A stretch of 64,000 nt of DNA. Source: an uncultured virus (IMG/VR IMGVR_UViG_3300027969_000088). Its lineage: Duplodnaviria; Heunggongvirae; Uroviricota; Caudoviricetes. Each line of letters starts with the position of its first letter. Position 1 is the first letter of the stretch. The position numbers and the translations under genes are program-made. The notes below the pieces were generated by a model. That model was not told the origin of the DNA and did not search any database. It saw only the letters and a program-made list of their open reading frames with translations. The stretch lies in IMG/VR virus record IMGVR_UViG_3300027969_000088; one strand, 5' to 3'. Below, in pieces: positions 1-9,066 of this stretch.

Positions 1-189
1 ATAAGAAAGGTAGACATTATAGGGTTTATGAATTATTTAAAGAAGAATATTTAAAAACAAAATATTAAATAGAAGAAAAATACAACGAAACATACGGAGG
101 TAACAAATGATAATAGTAATATGTGCAGTTATGGTAGCTATGCCACTTTGGGTAATTGCTAGTGAATTAAGGGAAATAAGGATAAAGAA

Positions 190-426
190 ATGAGTGAGAA
201 ACCAAAATTAGAAAAGTGTTCCTTCACATTTGGGCAAGAAGGAAACACCAATGGAACAACTGATAAATACGAGGAGATAACCATAGAATGTGAGTCTGGA
301 CTTGGTATCGATAACGATGAAGGTTGTTATTACGTTTTGAAAACTGAATCTGGTTGGAGCATAGACAATGTAAATGACTTACAAGAATTATTCAATAGAA
401 TTAACAAAGTAATAAATGAACGCTGA
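190..426 (+). CDS. hypothetical phage protein
   Basis: 78-aa ORF whose stop overlaps the primase start. Confidence 0.7.
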   Translation: MSEKPKLEKCSFTFGQEGNTNGTTDKYEEITIECESGLGIDNDEGCYYVLKTESGWSIDNVNDLQELFNRINKVINER

Positions 427-2155
427 TAAACTAATTAAGTTAGGTATAGACCTAAGAGATAAATGGAGTGGTGAGGTTAAGACCAAATGTCCTAAGTGTT
501 CATCCAGCAGAAAGAAACAAACCGACCCCTCCCTTGGTGTTAATATAGACAAGGGTGTATGGAAGTGTCACCATTGTGGATGGAGTGGTAGCGTGAATGA
601 ATATGTGAGACCCGAACCAAGGGCACAAGTCACAACTGCAAAAATACTTGAGTACTTTGAGAAGAGAAAGATTACTGCTGAGACCGTAAAGAAGTTTGAT
701 GTATCTGAGAGTAACGAATGGATGCCCCAAGATCAGAAAGACCACAAGGTAGTTTGTTTCAATTACTATCTAGATGGAGAACTAATCAATATTAAATTTA
801 AGACATCGGATAAGATGTTTAAGATGGTCAAAGATGCCCGTAAGATTCCGTACAATATCGATTGTATTAAGAATTCGCCATATGTAATTATATCTGAGGG
901 CGAGGAGGAGACAATGGTTTGGTCTCAGAGTAATTTGAATGCCATCTCTGTACCTAACGGGGCCAGTAAGAATAACAATAATCTTGAGTGGTTAGATTCT
1001 GTATATGATTTGTTTCAAGACAAAACAATCTATATCGCTACAGATAACGATGAGCCAGGCAGAAAACTTAAGGATGACTTAGCTCGTAGGTTTAGTTCAT
1101 CTGATATACGTATCATTGATTTCCCTGAGGGCGAGAAGGATGCCAATGATTGTTTGGTGCGTTATGGTCAAGACTTTGTATCTCGTTTGTTTATCGATGC
1201 AAAGCAATTACCAATTACCGAGATTTCCTCGGCATCTGATTACTTATCTCTGATTGAATCATATAGGAAGGATGGTTATCCAGTTGGGTCTCACGTAGGA
1301 ATGTCTGAGACCGATGAACATATATCTTGGAATCGTGGGGAGTTAGGTGTAGTTACGGGAATCCCCGGATCAGGTAAGAGTACTTGGTTAGACTTTATGT
1401 TTGTCAGGTTGGCTTATTTAAAAGGATGGAAGTTTGCGATGTTTAGTCCAGAGAATATTGCTCCATTAAAAATTACACGTTTGTCTGAACAAATATTAAA
1501 TAAAGGCTTGGGCTCTATGAACTCAAAAGAGGTTGAACATAGCGTTGGTATTATCAATAAACACTTTTGGTTTTACAACGTAGAAACCTTGGAAGACTAC
1601 ACGATTTCAAATCTATTGAGACTTGCTGAGACTATGGTTAAACGTAGTGGAATTGATTGCCTATGTCTTGATCCGTTTAATTATATCGAACAAGATGCAA
1701 GTGATGACAGCAGTAACGAAAAAATTGGAAACCTTCTGCGTAAACTTAAGCAGTTCGCTGTTAAGATGAACGTATTGGTTGTATTGGTTGCCCATCCACG
1801 TAAGATGGATAAGACTGGTGGCAACTACAATGTGCCAAGACTATACGATATCTCTGGGTCTCACCACTTTTTTAACGTACCTGATTGGGGTGTAGCAGTA
1901 CATCGTACATTTCAGAACGGACAGAAAGACCCTGTAGAAATACACGTACAAAAAATTAAATACCACTTCCGAGGTAAATTGGGAAGAATTGACTATGAGT
2001 TTAACCGTGACTCTGGTCAGTATACAGAAGACGGAAAGTTTAAATCTTTAATACTATTAAAAAATGATATTCAAACAGATGAGAATGATATGTTTAGCTC
2101 ACAAGAAGCGTGGGGAAGAGGTGCTGGAATTCAACCTGTCACCACACTATTTTAA
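416..2155 (+). CDS. primase-helicase (T7 gp4/Twinkle-like: Zn finger, TOPRIM, DnaB-type SF4 helicase)
   Basis: CPKC...CHHCG Zn ribbon; ISEGEEE and ATDNDEPG TOPRIM motifs; Walker A GIPGSGKS; LDP Walker B; VAHPRK and YDISGS. Confidence 0.95.
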   Translation: MNADKLIKLGIDLRDKWSGEVKTKCPKCSSSRKKQTDPSLGVNIDKGVWKCHHCGWSGSVNEYVRPEPRAQVTTAKILEYFEKRKITAETVKKFDVSESNEWMPQDQKDHKVVCFNYYLDGELINIKFKTSDKMFKMVKDARKIPYNIDCIKNSPYVIISEGEEETMVWSQSNLNAISVPNGASKNNNNLEWLDSVYDLFQDKTIYIATDNDEPGRKLKDDLARRFSSSDIRIIDFPEGEKDANDCLVRYGQDFVSRLFIDAKQLPITEISSASDYLSLIESYRKDGYPVGSHVGMSETDEHISWNRGELGVVTGIPGSGKSTWLDFMFVRLAYLKGWKFAMFSPENIAPLKITRLSEQILNKGLGSMNSKEVEHSVGIINKHFWFYNVETLEDYTISNLLRLAETMVKRSGIDCLCLDPFNYIEQDASDDSSNEKIGNLLRKLKQFAVKMNVLVVLVAHPRKMDKTGGNYNVPRLYDISGSHHFFNVPDWGVAVHRTFQNGQKDPVEIHVQKIKYHFRGKLGRIDYEFNRDSGQYTEDGKFKSLILLKNDIQTDENDMFSSQEAWGRGAGIQPVTTLF

Positions 2156-2306
2156 AGAGTTAAAACAAAACTATTTCCTCTTTGATAAGAAGGAAATACC
2201 CATTATATCTTCGGGGTGGAATAAAATAGAAGATTACTATTATAAAGAATTACACACAAGCCAAGGTAGTTTTTACGGCAACACAATTAACTATAGCTTA
2301 AGATGA
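2064..2306 (+). CDS. hypothetical protein
   Basis: 80-aa ORF filling the gap, stop overlaps the polymerase ATG (ATGA); start uncertain. Confidence 0.5.
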   Translation: MIFKQMRMICLAHKKRGEEVLEFNLSPHYFKELKQNYFLFDKKEIPIISSGWNKIEDYYYKELHTSQGSFYGNTINYSLR

Positions 2307-4231
2307 TAAAAGTATACGACATAGAAACATTCTGCAATTGTTTTACCTACATAGATTACGATCCTGACACTAAAGAAAGTAAGGAGTTTGTAGTGACAAG
2401 TTTCAGAAACGAACTAAAGGATTTTGTTTCCTATTTGAAAACTTTAAAAAAGAAAAAGGCCGGGATGGTTGGCTTCAACAATGTACACTTTGACTGGCCT
2501 ATAGTACGTGCTATTATGGAAGGAGAATTACGTACAGCCGAGCAGATTTATTCTTTGACTCAGAATATTATTTCGAATGAAAAGAAAACTTATACCAAGC
2601 AAGAGATTCCTCAGTTAGATTTGTACTTGCTGAATCACTACGATAACAAAGCACGTAGCACATCTTTAAAAGCTTTGGAAGTTTCTTTGGGGTGGGATAA
2701 CGTATTGGATATGCCTTTAGACCATACCACGGAGATTACTCCTAACAATATTGATATTCTATTATCGTACAATAGAAACGATGTTATGTTTACTGCTGAG
2801 TTCTATAAGGCGTGTGCTGAGAAGATTGAGTTACGTAAGAAAATCAGTAAGAAGTATAACCTCAAGGTTATAAATAAGAGCGATGTTGTAATAGGAGAAT
2901 CAATTTTTATTAAATATTTATCTGAAGATATGGATATACCACCGAATGAACTAACTAAAATTAGGGGAAAACGTGCAGACGTGCCCCTAAAACAGATTAT
3001 CTTTCCTTATGTGAAGTTTGATGAGCCTCGCTTCCAAAAGTTGCTTAGATTGATGCAAGAAACTGTTTCCTCCAGTAACTTTTTAAAAGACTTTGTTGAG
3101 AATTTAGACACGGGTTTGTCAACCAATGAACTATTGGAAAAGTTTAAGGATAACAATATCCGTGTGCAAAGAATTGCCCAACAGAAAAAGTCATTCTCAT
3201 TTAGTGTTCAGCACGATGATTTGAGGATTGATTATGGTGTGGGTGGTATCCACGGATGTATCAAGCCTGGGGTATATAAGTCAAGTTTATCACACGGAAT
3301 ACTTGACATTGATGTTAAATCATATTACCCTAACTTATTTATTCAAAATAACTTACATCCACGTCAGATGGATCAACATACCTTTGTTAAAGTATACTCA
3401 GACATATTTCAAGAGAGGGTTAAAGCACAGAAAGAAGGCGACAAATTAACCTCCGATGCACTCAAGTTGGCACTCAACGGTTTGTTTGGTAAGACGGGCT
3501 CAGATGTCAGTTGTTTCTACGATCCGTTTGTATTTTATTCGGTAACTGTAAATGGTCAACTGCTTTTGTCTATGTTGGTAGAGCGGCTTACTTCTAAAGG
3601 TGCGTCCCTACTGCAAGTTAACACAGATGGTGTTACAATTTTATATGATTATTTGTTACGAGATGAAATTATAAATATATGTAAAGAATGGGAAGCCATC
3701 ACCAAATTACAATTGGAGTATGCAGACTATTCTCAGATGATTATCCGGGATGTAAATAATTATATTGCTGTAGGTACTGATGGTAAGATTAAAGAGAAAG
3801 GTTCTTTCGAAACTAAGAAGGATTGGCATAAGGATAATTCTTATATGGTTGTACCTTTGGCTGTACGTGAATACTTTGTAAATGGTACTCCAATAGAGGA
3901 GACCTTAGCCAAGCATGAAAACATATTAGATTTCTGTGGTAGGTACAAGGCATCCAAAGGATGGCACGTAGAGTTTGCTTACTTGGATGGCAATACTGAG
4001 AAACGAATTGAGTTTGGTAAGATATATCGATTCCTTCCAGTAATTAAGGGTGGTGTATCTTTGAAATTAAATAAGGATGGCAGACAACACCATCTATGTG
4101 AAGGGTATCAAACCTATCCGTATAATCAATTGGAGAAATTTGATAAGAGTAATTTGAATATGAAATTTTTTGTAGCAGAATGTCAGAAACTAATCGAGAC
4201 GATATATCCATCGCAGGAGGTACTCTTCTAA
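2303..4231 (+). CDS. family B DNA polymerase with 3'-5' exonuclease
   Basis: YDIET and GFNNVHFD exo motifs; DIDVKSYYPN, KLALNGLFGK and NTDG polymerase motifs. Confidence 0.95.
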   Translation: MIKVYDIETFCNCFTYIDYDPDTKESKEFVVTSFRNELKDFVSYLKTLKKKKAGMVGFNNVHFDWPIVRAIMEGELRTAEQIYSLTQNIISNEKKTYTKQEIPQLDLYLLNHYDNKARSTSLKALEVSLGWDNVLDMPLDHTTEITPNNIDILLSYNRNDVMFTAEFYKACAEKIELRKKISKKYNLKVINKSDVVIGESIFIKYLSEDMDIPPNELTKIRGKRADVPLKQIIFPYVKFDEPRFQKLLRLMQETVSSSNFLKDFVENLDTGLSTNELLEKFKDNNIRVQRIAQQKKSFSFSVQHDDLRIDYGVGGIHGCIKPGVYKSSLSHGILDIDVKSYYPNLFIQNNLHPRQMDQHTFVKVYSDIFQERVKAQKEGDKLTSDALKLALNGLFGKTGSDVSCFYDPFVFYSVTVNGQLLLSMLVERLTSKGASLLQVNTDGVTILYDYLLRDEIINICKEWEAITKLQLEYADYSQMIIRDVNNYIAVGTDGKIKEKGSFETKKDWHKDNSYMVVPLAVREYFVNGTPIEETLAKHENILDFCGRYKASKGWHVEFAYLDGNTEKRIEFGKIYRFLPVIKGGVSLKLNKDGRQHHLCEGYQTYPYNQLEKFDKSNLNMKFFVAECQKLIETIYPSQEVLF

Positions 4232-4527
4232 CAAACTTTATTCCTCATTATGGAATAGACTTAAGGGTAATTTTATTATCGTTATCAAATGAATTGGTAC
4301 GTAAAAAAATTACCTTTGGGCCTTATTTTACAGATAGAACCGATGTTATAGTTCCTACACTAAAACATCGATTTTATACTAAACCTGTACGTGGGTACTT
4401 AATTGTATCTTGTAGGTCAAAAATTAAAATACCAATGGAGACAGATAAGAATGGATTGAGTCTTAATACGATTGAAATACTTTGTGAGTATTTAGAAAAG
4501 ATAGAAATTAACTATCCTATATTTTAA
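4180..4527 (+). CDS. hypothetical protein
   Basis: 115-aa ORF, last of the + block, converging on the terminase. Confidence 0.55.
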   Translation: MSETNRDDISIAGGTLLTNFIPHYGIDLRVILLSLSNELVRKKITFGPYFTDRTDVIVPTLKHRFYTKPVRGYLIVSCRSKIKIPMETDKNGLSLNTIEILCEYLEKIEINYPIF

Positions 4528-6328
4528 CTGTCTTCCAAACACGGACGTAACGACCACCTTGGTATTCAACAAAAGGAATTTCCTTTGTCTTGACCTCCTC
4601 TGGTTTCTTACGTTCGTATTTTTTAATTCTATTTTTGTGGTGAATTTCACAAGCAACAATTGCATCGGATATATCCGTATTTTCTATAAGGTAGTTTTTA
4701 AGTTCTTGTATAATTTCCAAGAACCAAATCTCATCGCAGTATGCCTTAAGATAGTCTATTAGATATGAATTGCCTCGCTCTGCTGTAACATCGTTCTTGT
4801 AGTATCCAATTGAATCATCGTCCTTGAAGAAACCTTTACCTAAGAATACTGGTTTCTTAGCAAGTAGATGTATCTTACCAAAGTCTTTGTACTTTTGTTT
4901 TACTACACCTCCTCTGTTAATCTCTATCATTGCTATAGCGTTATTGTAGTACTCTTGCATTAGAATCATATTCTTTACAATTTCTTCTGGGTCTGAGTCC
5001 CTTTCGGTATAGTATGCAACGTAACGATTGGTATCGATATCCTTGATGGCAATCGCTTGTTTAGAACCATCGCCCATATTCTTTGAGTTAAATGGAATAG
5101 GGTCAATACCAGCAATATAAGTATGTCCTTCAACCACATCTTCTAAAAAATGCATAGGGCTGCTTAGGTTGGGTTCTTTGACAATTCCTCCATTAAAATC
5201 ATAACGAAGAGTCGAGCGGTCAATAGGTGGACGTGATGCTAAGATAATACGTTCTTGTGTATCTAACTTATCCATAATGTATTTAGGAAACGCACCTCCT
5301 CCACTAACAGAAAATACCTCATTGATATCCAAAGGATATTGTTTGATAAACGAATTTAAGAAAGACTTATCTTCTAACCTATCTAACTTATCCCTAGTCT
5401 TCATAATGTACTCAGTCGCTGCTTTCTCATCGCTGTGACCATTAGGACAGAAGTTTAGATACTTGCCAGTTTCCTTACCCTTATCATCCAACTCTGGAGC
5501 CTCCATAATACCTTGGTATCCTGGAAGAAACATCGTTAATATATTTAGTTCGGCAGCAGAATCCCATAGAGTACGTGCAAGTTTTTGTCCTACAGATGTA
5601 GCTTCCCCGGCACTTCCTCCAATAACAATAGGAGCAACCTTAACGAAACCTGATCGTGTACTTGCCTGAGCAGATTTGTAAACCTTATCTGCCTTGGGAT
5701 GCAACATACACTCATCTATAAAAATATGCATTGCACGATACGCCTCAAATGCTGTTGGTGTATCTACGGTCTCTTTGGTAATAATCTGAGAGTCCAAACC
5801 AGTTACACTACCAGTTTTTACCTCTCTCTTACCCAAGTGTAAGTAACCTTCTTGTCTTGTCGATACAACACCAGGACGGGCATATGAATCAAATTCATCG
5901 TATACAACACGCAGTTTATCCTTGAATAAAGCCTCTAGTCTTTTCTTATCGGCAGATGTAATCAAAGAAGTCGATCCTGGATTGGTCATTGCTATCCACA
6001 TAGGAATAATTCCTCCAAATATAAAAGATAAGCCGACCTCACGTCTCTTAGTCACGAATAAATCGTGATTAGTTCTACGTGCCTCTAGGTATCCTCCATA
6101 AATTAAATCATCTATATCTCGCCAAATCGGTCTTTTTTTGAAACCTCTGGCGTCTTTTACGAATCCTTGAGTTAACGCATAGTAATGAGGACCAGCTAAA
6201 TCGAAGCGTCCTTCAATCCAATATTCCTTTTCCTTACTCCACCATAAATCTTTTTCTTGCTTAGTGGAGTTAGGATTGATTAGGTACTTACTTGCCCAAT
6301 CTTCGTATACAAATTTGGATGCTTTCAT
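4517..6328 (-). CDS. terminase large subunit
   Basis: KRREVGLS Walker A-like; IFIDE Walker B; YIAGIDP and IEINRG RNase H-like nuclease motifs; crAss-like TerL style. Confidence 0.9.
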   Translation of the reverse strand: MKASKFVYEDWASKYLINPNSTKQEKDLWWSKEKEYWIEGRFDLAGPHYYALTQGFVKDARGFKKRPIWRDIDDLIYGGYLEARRTNHDLFVTKRREVGLSFIFGGIIPMWIAMTNPGSTSLITSADKKRLEALFKDKLRVVYDEFDSYARPGVVSTRQEGYLHLGKREVKTGSVTGLDSQIITKETVDTPTAFEAYRAMHIFIDECMLHPKADKVYKSAQASTRSGFVKVAPIVIGGSAGEATSVGQKLARTLWDSAAELNILTMFLPGYQGIMEAPELDDKGKETGKYLNFCPNGHSDEKAATEYIMKTRDKLDRLEDKSFLNSFIKQYPLDINEVFSVSGGGAFPKYIMDKLDTQERIILASRPPIDRSTLRYDFNGGIVKEPNLSSPMHFLEDVVEGHTYIAGIDPIPFNSKNMGDGSKQAIAIKDIDTNRYVAYYTERDSDPEEIVKNMILMQEYYNNAIAMIEINRGGVVKQKYKDFGKIHLLAKKPVFLGKGFFKDDDSIGYYKNDVTAERGNSYLIDYLKAYCDEIWFLEIIQELKNYLIENTDISDAIVACEIHHKNRIKKYERKKPEEVKTKEIPFVEYQGGRYVRVWKTVKI

Positions 6329-6732
6329 CGTCTAGTATTTACACGATCAAGGAATGAATCAGCAGAGTCATCAATTACTTCATCCTCTGGATACGCTTCT
6401 AATTTCGCTAACTTTAAACTCTTGTTAACTTTGTCTCCTGCTTGGAGTAATTTAAACAGACCATCTTGATATGGGTCATCTAAGTCTAAAGTGTGGTCAC
6501 GTACAGATTTCATCAGTTCCTTAGATGCTGTGATTAAAACTGCATAAAAGTCTTTAGCAGGATCAAACAATTGTACCTGCAATCTTTCTATGGCTTCGGT
6601 CTCAGAAATATTATTTTCCGTTAGGAATTCCGAAAGCTTTTCTAAGCTCGTTGATTTTACGTTTTTGATCTTCAATTTCTTTTTGTGCCTTATTGGCCTC
6701 AATTGGGTTACCGATAGCGGTGTAGTACTCAC
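6325..6732 (-). CDS. possible terminase small subunit / hypothetical (true start probably nearer 6675)
   Basis: Helical protein directly upstream of and overlapping TerL. Confidence 0.45.
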   Translation of the reverse strand: MSTTPLSVTQLRPIRHKKKLKIKNVKSTSLEKLSEFLTENNISETEAIERLQVQLFDPAKDFYAVLITASKELMKSVRDHTLDLDDPYQDGLFKLLQAGDKVNKSLKLAKLEAYPEDEVIDDSADSFLDRVNTRR

Positions 6733-6799
6733 ACCACGAGATTAACTTCTGAAGTTCTTTAACTTCGTCTTCGATTATTTGTTTATTGCTTTTAGCCAT
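6611..6799 (-). CDS. small coiled-coil hypothetical protein
   Basis: 62-aa ATG ORF within the operon. Confidence 0.6.
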   Translation of the reverse strand: MAKSNKQIIEDEVKELQKLISWCEYYTAIGNPIEANKAQKEIEDQKRKINELRKAFGIPNGK

Positions 6800-7146
6800 T
6801 GCTCTAAATTAAAGTTTGCAAAATCACCCTCTTCGATAATTTCTCCCAAAGATAAATAAAATCTTACAATAATACCAAGAGTTTTTAACTGCTCTCTTGT
6901 TGCAGTATTTCTGTATTTATAGTCGGGATCTAACCCACCAATAACTGCTAAATGAACTTCGTTTCCTGGACAATAGTCTAAAACAAAGAAGTGACCTTGA
7001 GCATCAATACAATGAGTTATAAATGGTTTTCTATCCAGACCACCAATATGCGTAGTTTCATTACTTAAACGATATGGTCTCTTCTCGTGAGAATATACCT
7101 CGCTAGGTAATAAATCTATTAAACTATATGTCCAGTATATTTTCAT
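6775..7146 (-). CDS. degenerate T7-lysozyme/Amidase_2-like protein
   Basis: HLAVIGGLD...NTATREQLKTL resembles the amidase core; Zn-ligand residues not evident. Confidence 0.45.
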   Translation of the reverse strand: MKIYWTYSLIDLLPSEVYSHEKRPYRLSNETTHIGGLDRKPFITHCIDAQGHFFVLDYCPGNEVHLAVIGGLDPDYKYRNTATREQLKTLGIIVRFYLSLGEIIEEGDFANFNLEQWLKAINK

Positions 7147-7430
7147 AATAAACTAAAGCCGGGATGTAAATCAGCCGACATATTTGTTGGACTCGACTCC
7201 ATGGTAAAAAATACAGTTCCTGTTTGCATACTAATCATTTTTTCTAAATACCATTTTGCTTTTTTCATATCTTCTACTCCGCCTTTCTCCTCACATCTCC
7301 AAAGATACTTAATTACATTGGCAGTACAAACTGCATCTAATCCTTTCTTGTTAATGGTTGCTGACTCGATGGCATCGATACATTCTACTTTACCTTGTTT
7401 GTAGTGGGATGGGTTGATATTGTCTTTCAT
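7143..7430 (-). CDS. DUF3310 / T7 gp1.7-like nucleotide kinase family protein
   Basis: DNINPSHYKQGKVECIDAI...NVIKYLWR...KGGVEDMKKAKWYL. Confidence 0.88.
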   Translation of the reverse strand: MKDNINPSHYKQGKVECIDAIESATINKKGLDAVCTANVIKYLWRCEEKGGVEDMKKAKWYLEKMISMQTGTVFFTMESSPTNMSADLHPGFSLL

Positions 7431-7870
7431 AATGTGAATTCTTCTGTGGGCACAAATATACACAAATCTTTTGGAACACGAAAAAAATTATCTGATCCTT
7501 TACGATCTTGTGTATTTATGTAAAGTTTTTCTTTATATTTTTCGTCAAATATAATATTAGATTGACAAAATATAGCAGCGTTTGTTTCCTTGCAGATGAT
7601 GACATACCAGAAGTTTTTATTCTTCCATTTGGCTTTTCTGTTTAGAAATGAGACCGAATCAAAAGGAAAGTCCTCCTTGCAAGTCCATGGTCTACGGGAT
7701 TTCATTTCTACTTCCCACCAGTATTGTTTATCATCTTTGTAGGAGTATAAATCTATACCATAGATATCCTCGTTCTCATAAACCTCATGACCTTTCTTAA
7801 ATAAAAAATCTATAAGGAGACCTCTCCCTACATTATCATTTTCTTCGAAAGATTTCTGATTGAACTTCAT
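7427..7870 (-). CDS. PD-(D/E)XK-like nuclease-fold protein
   Basis: YGIDL...WEVEMK motif; ATG at 7870 coupled to the upstream stop. Confidence 0.6.
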   Translation of the reverse strand: MKFNQKSFEENDNVGRGLLIDFLFKKGHEVYENEDIYGIDLYSYKDDKQYWWEVEMKSRRPWTCKEDFPFDSVSFLNRKAKWKNKNFWYVIICKETNAAIFCQSNIIFDEKYKEKLYINTQDRKGSDNFFRVPKDLCIFVPTEEFTL

Positions 7871-8265
7871 GGTCTTATTCGGTGTCCTAATAGCATTCCA
7901 GTTATGAACGCTACCAATAACCACCAAGGATTAAATGCTCTTTTAGTAATTATTCTACCCGGAACTTTAACTTGATAAGAGATTGTATCTCTGAAAGTTA
8001 AAGTATCTGGTTTAATGGTTATTCCAAAACGATTTCCTTTTTTTGAAATCTTTAATTGTTTAGTTTCGATGATAGTATCGTGCTGAATAATAAATGAATC
8101 ACTAAATTCTTCAGTTGTTATTGTGTCTATTTCAACTAAAGTATCCTTAATAGTTACTGTATCCGTTTCAATTAAATCTGGATACTTCATAATCAATCGA
8201 TCATACCTTTGCTTGGGACTCCAACAAGAAGCCAAGATTAAAGAGAATAAAATTATATATTTCAT
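7867..8265 (-). CDS. lipoprotein with C-terminal TM helix (spanin-like)
   Basis: MKYIILFSLILASC lipobox; C-terminal hydrophobic WWLLVAFITGMLLG. Confidence 0.65.
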   Translation of the reverse strand: MKYIILFSLILASCWSPKQRYDRLIMKYPDLIETDTVTIKDTLVEIDTITTEEFSDSFIIQHDTIIETKQLKISKKGNRFGITIKPDTLTFRDTISYQVKVPGRIITKRAFNPWWLLVAFITGMLLGHRIRP

Positions 8266-8295
8266 GTCACAAATATACAAAAAATTGTGACATTT

Positions 8296-8395
8296 TCTTG
8301 TCGCAATTATATGTTAAAAATGCGACAAGATATATCGTTCAAAAAGCTCAAATATATCGTTCACGAAATCGTGTACAAATGAATTTAATGAACAT
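8296..8395. repeat. cluster of inverted and direct repeats (operator-like)
   Basis: TCTTGTCGCA-N15-TGCGACAAGA; ATATATCGTTCA x2; GTTCACGAAATCGTGTACA, also present at 54748. Confidence 0.7.
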
Positions 8396-8397
8396 AG

Positions 8398-8418
8398 AAA
8401 AGGGGCTATTACGCCCCT
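8398..8418 (-). terminator. intrinsic terminator
   Basis: AGGGGC-GTAATA-GCCCCT followed by a T run on the minus strand. Confidence 0.8.
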
Positions 8419-8458
8419 AATTCCACACACATGAAGACAGAAATCTTTTACAAATATA

Positions 8459-9031
8459 CTAAATTATTTCACAATTATTACTTACCCTTCTGCACATTTC
8501 TATAAAGTGCTCTTGAGAGTAAACATTTTTCATTCTATTTATATCTTTGTGAACCCATTGAACATTATCTTTTGTATATCCTTTTGATGAATCAATTCTA
8601 TCTAGAGAAGCAGTAGATTTTTTTAGTTCTTCTTTGTTGTTATTTTTAGGAAATGTTAAATGTAAACCGCTTAAAGCACATTTTCTTTCTTGTCTCAAAA
8701 ATAAATCCCAAATAAATTGAATATCTATATCTAATTTTTTTTCTATTCCTAATCTACTTTTTCTTCTTGATGCAGCTCTATGTATAATATACCAAAACCA
8801 ATTACCACTAATTTCTCCAACTCCTCTAAACAAAGGATTATCAATTCCTTCTCTATGCCAACAACCACAACTAGAAAATTGTGATCTTTTCATAGATGTA
8901 GATGTTCTAACTATTAAATTACCACATTTACATTTACACAACCAAGAAGAATGCCCCCTAGGAGTAGGAGGCCTTTCTTCTATTACTTCCAATAAGCCAA
9001 ATGTTTGACCTAATAAATTTACTTTTCGCAT
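8459..9031 (-). CDS. free-standing HNH homing endonuclease
   Basis: LLGQTFGLLEV...WLCKCKCG N-domain; CALSG and SLDRIDSSKGYTKDNVQWVHKDINRMK HNH; TACATTTG promoter 8 nt upstream of the ATG. Confidence 0.88.
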   Translation of the reverse strand: MRKVNLLGQTFGLLEVIEERPPTPRGHSSWLCKCKCGNLIVRTSTSMKRSQFSSCGCWHREGIDNPLFRGVGEISGNWFWYIIHRAASRRKSRLGIEKKLDIDIQFIWDLFLRQERKCALSGLHLTFPKNNNKEELKKSTASLDRIDSSKGYTKDNVQWVHKDINRMKNVYSQEHFIEMCRRVSNNCEII

Positions 9032-9066
9032 AACTACTACAAATGTAGGCAATAGTTGCGAAATAA

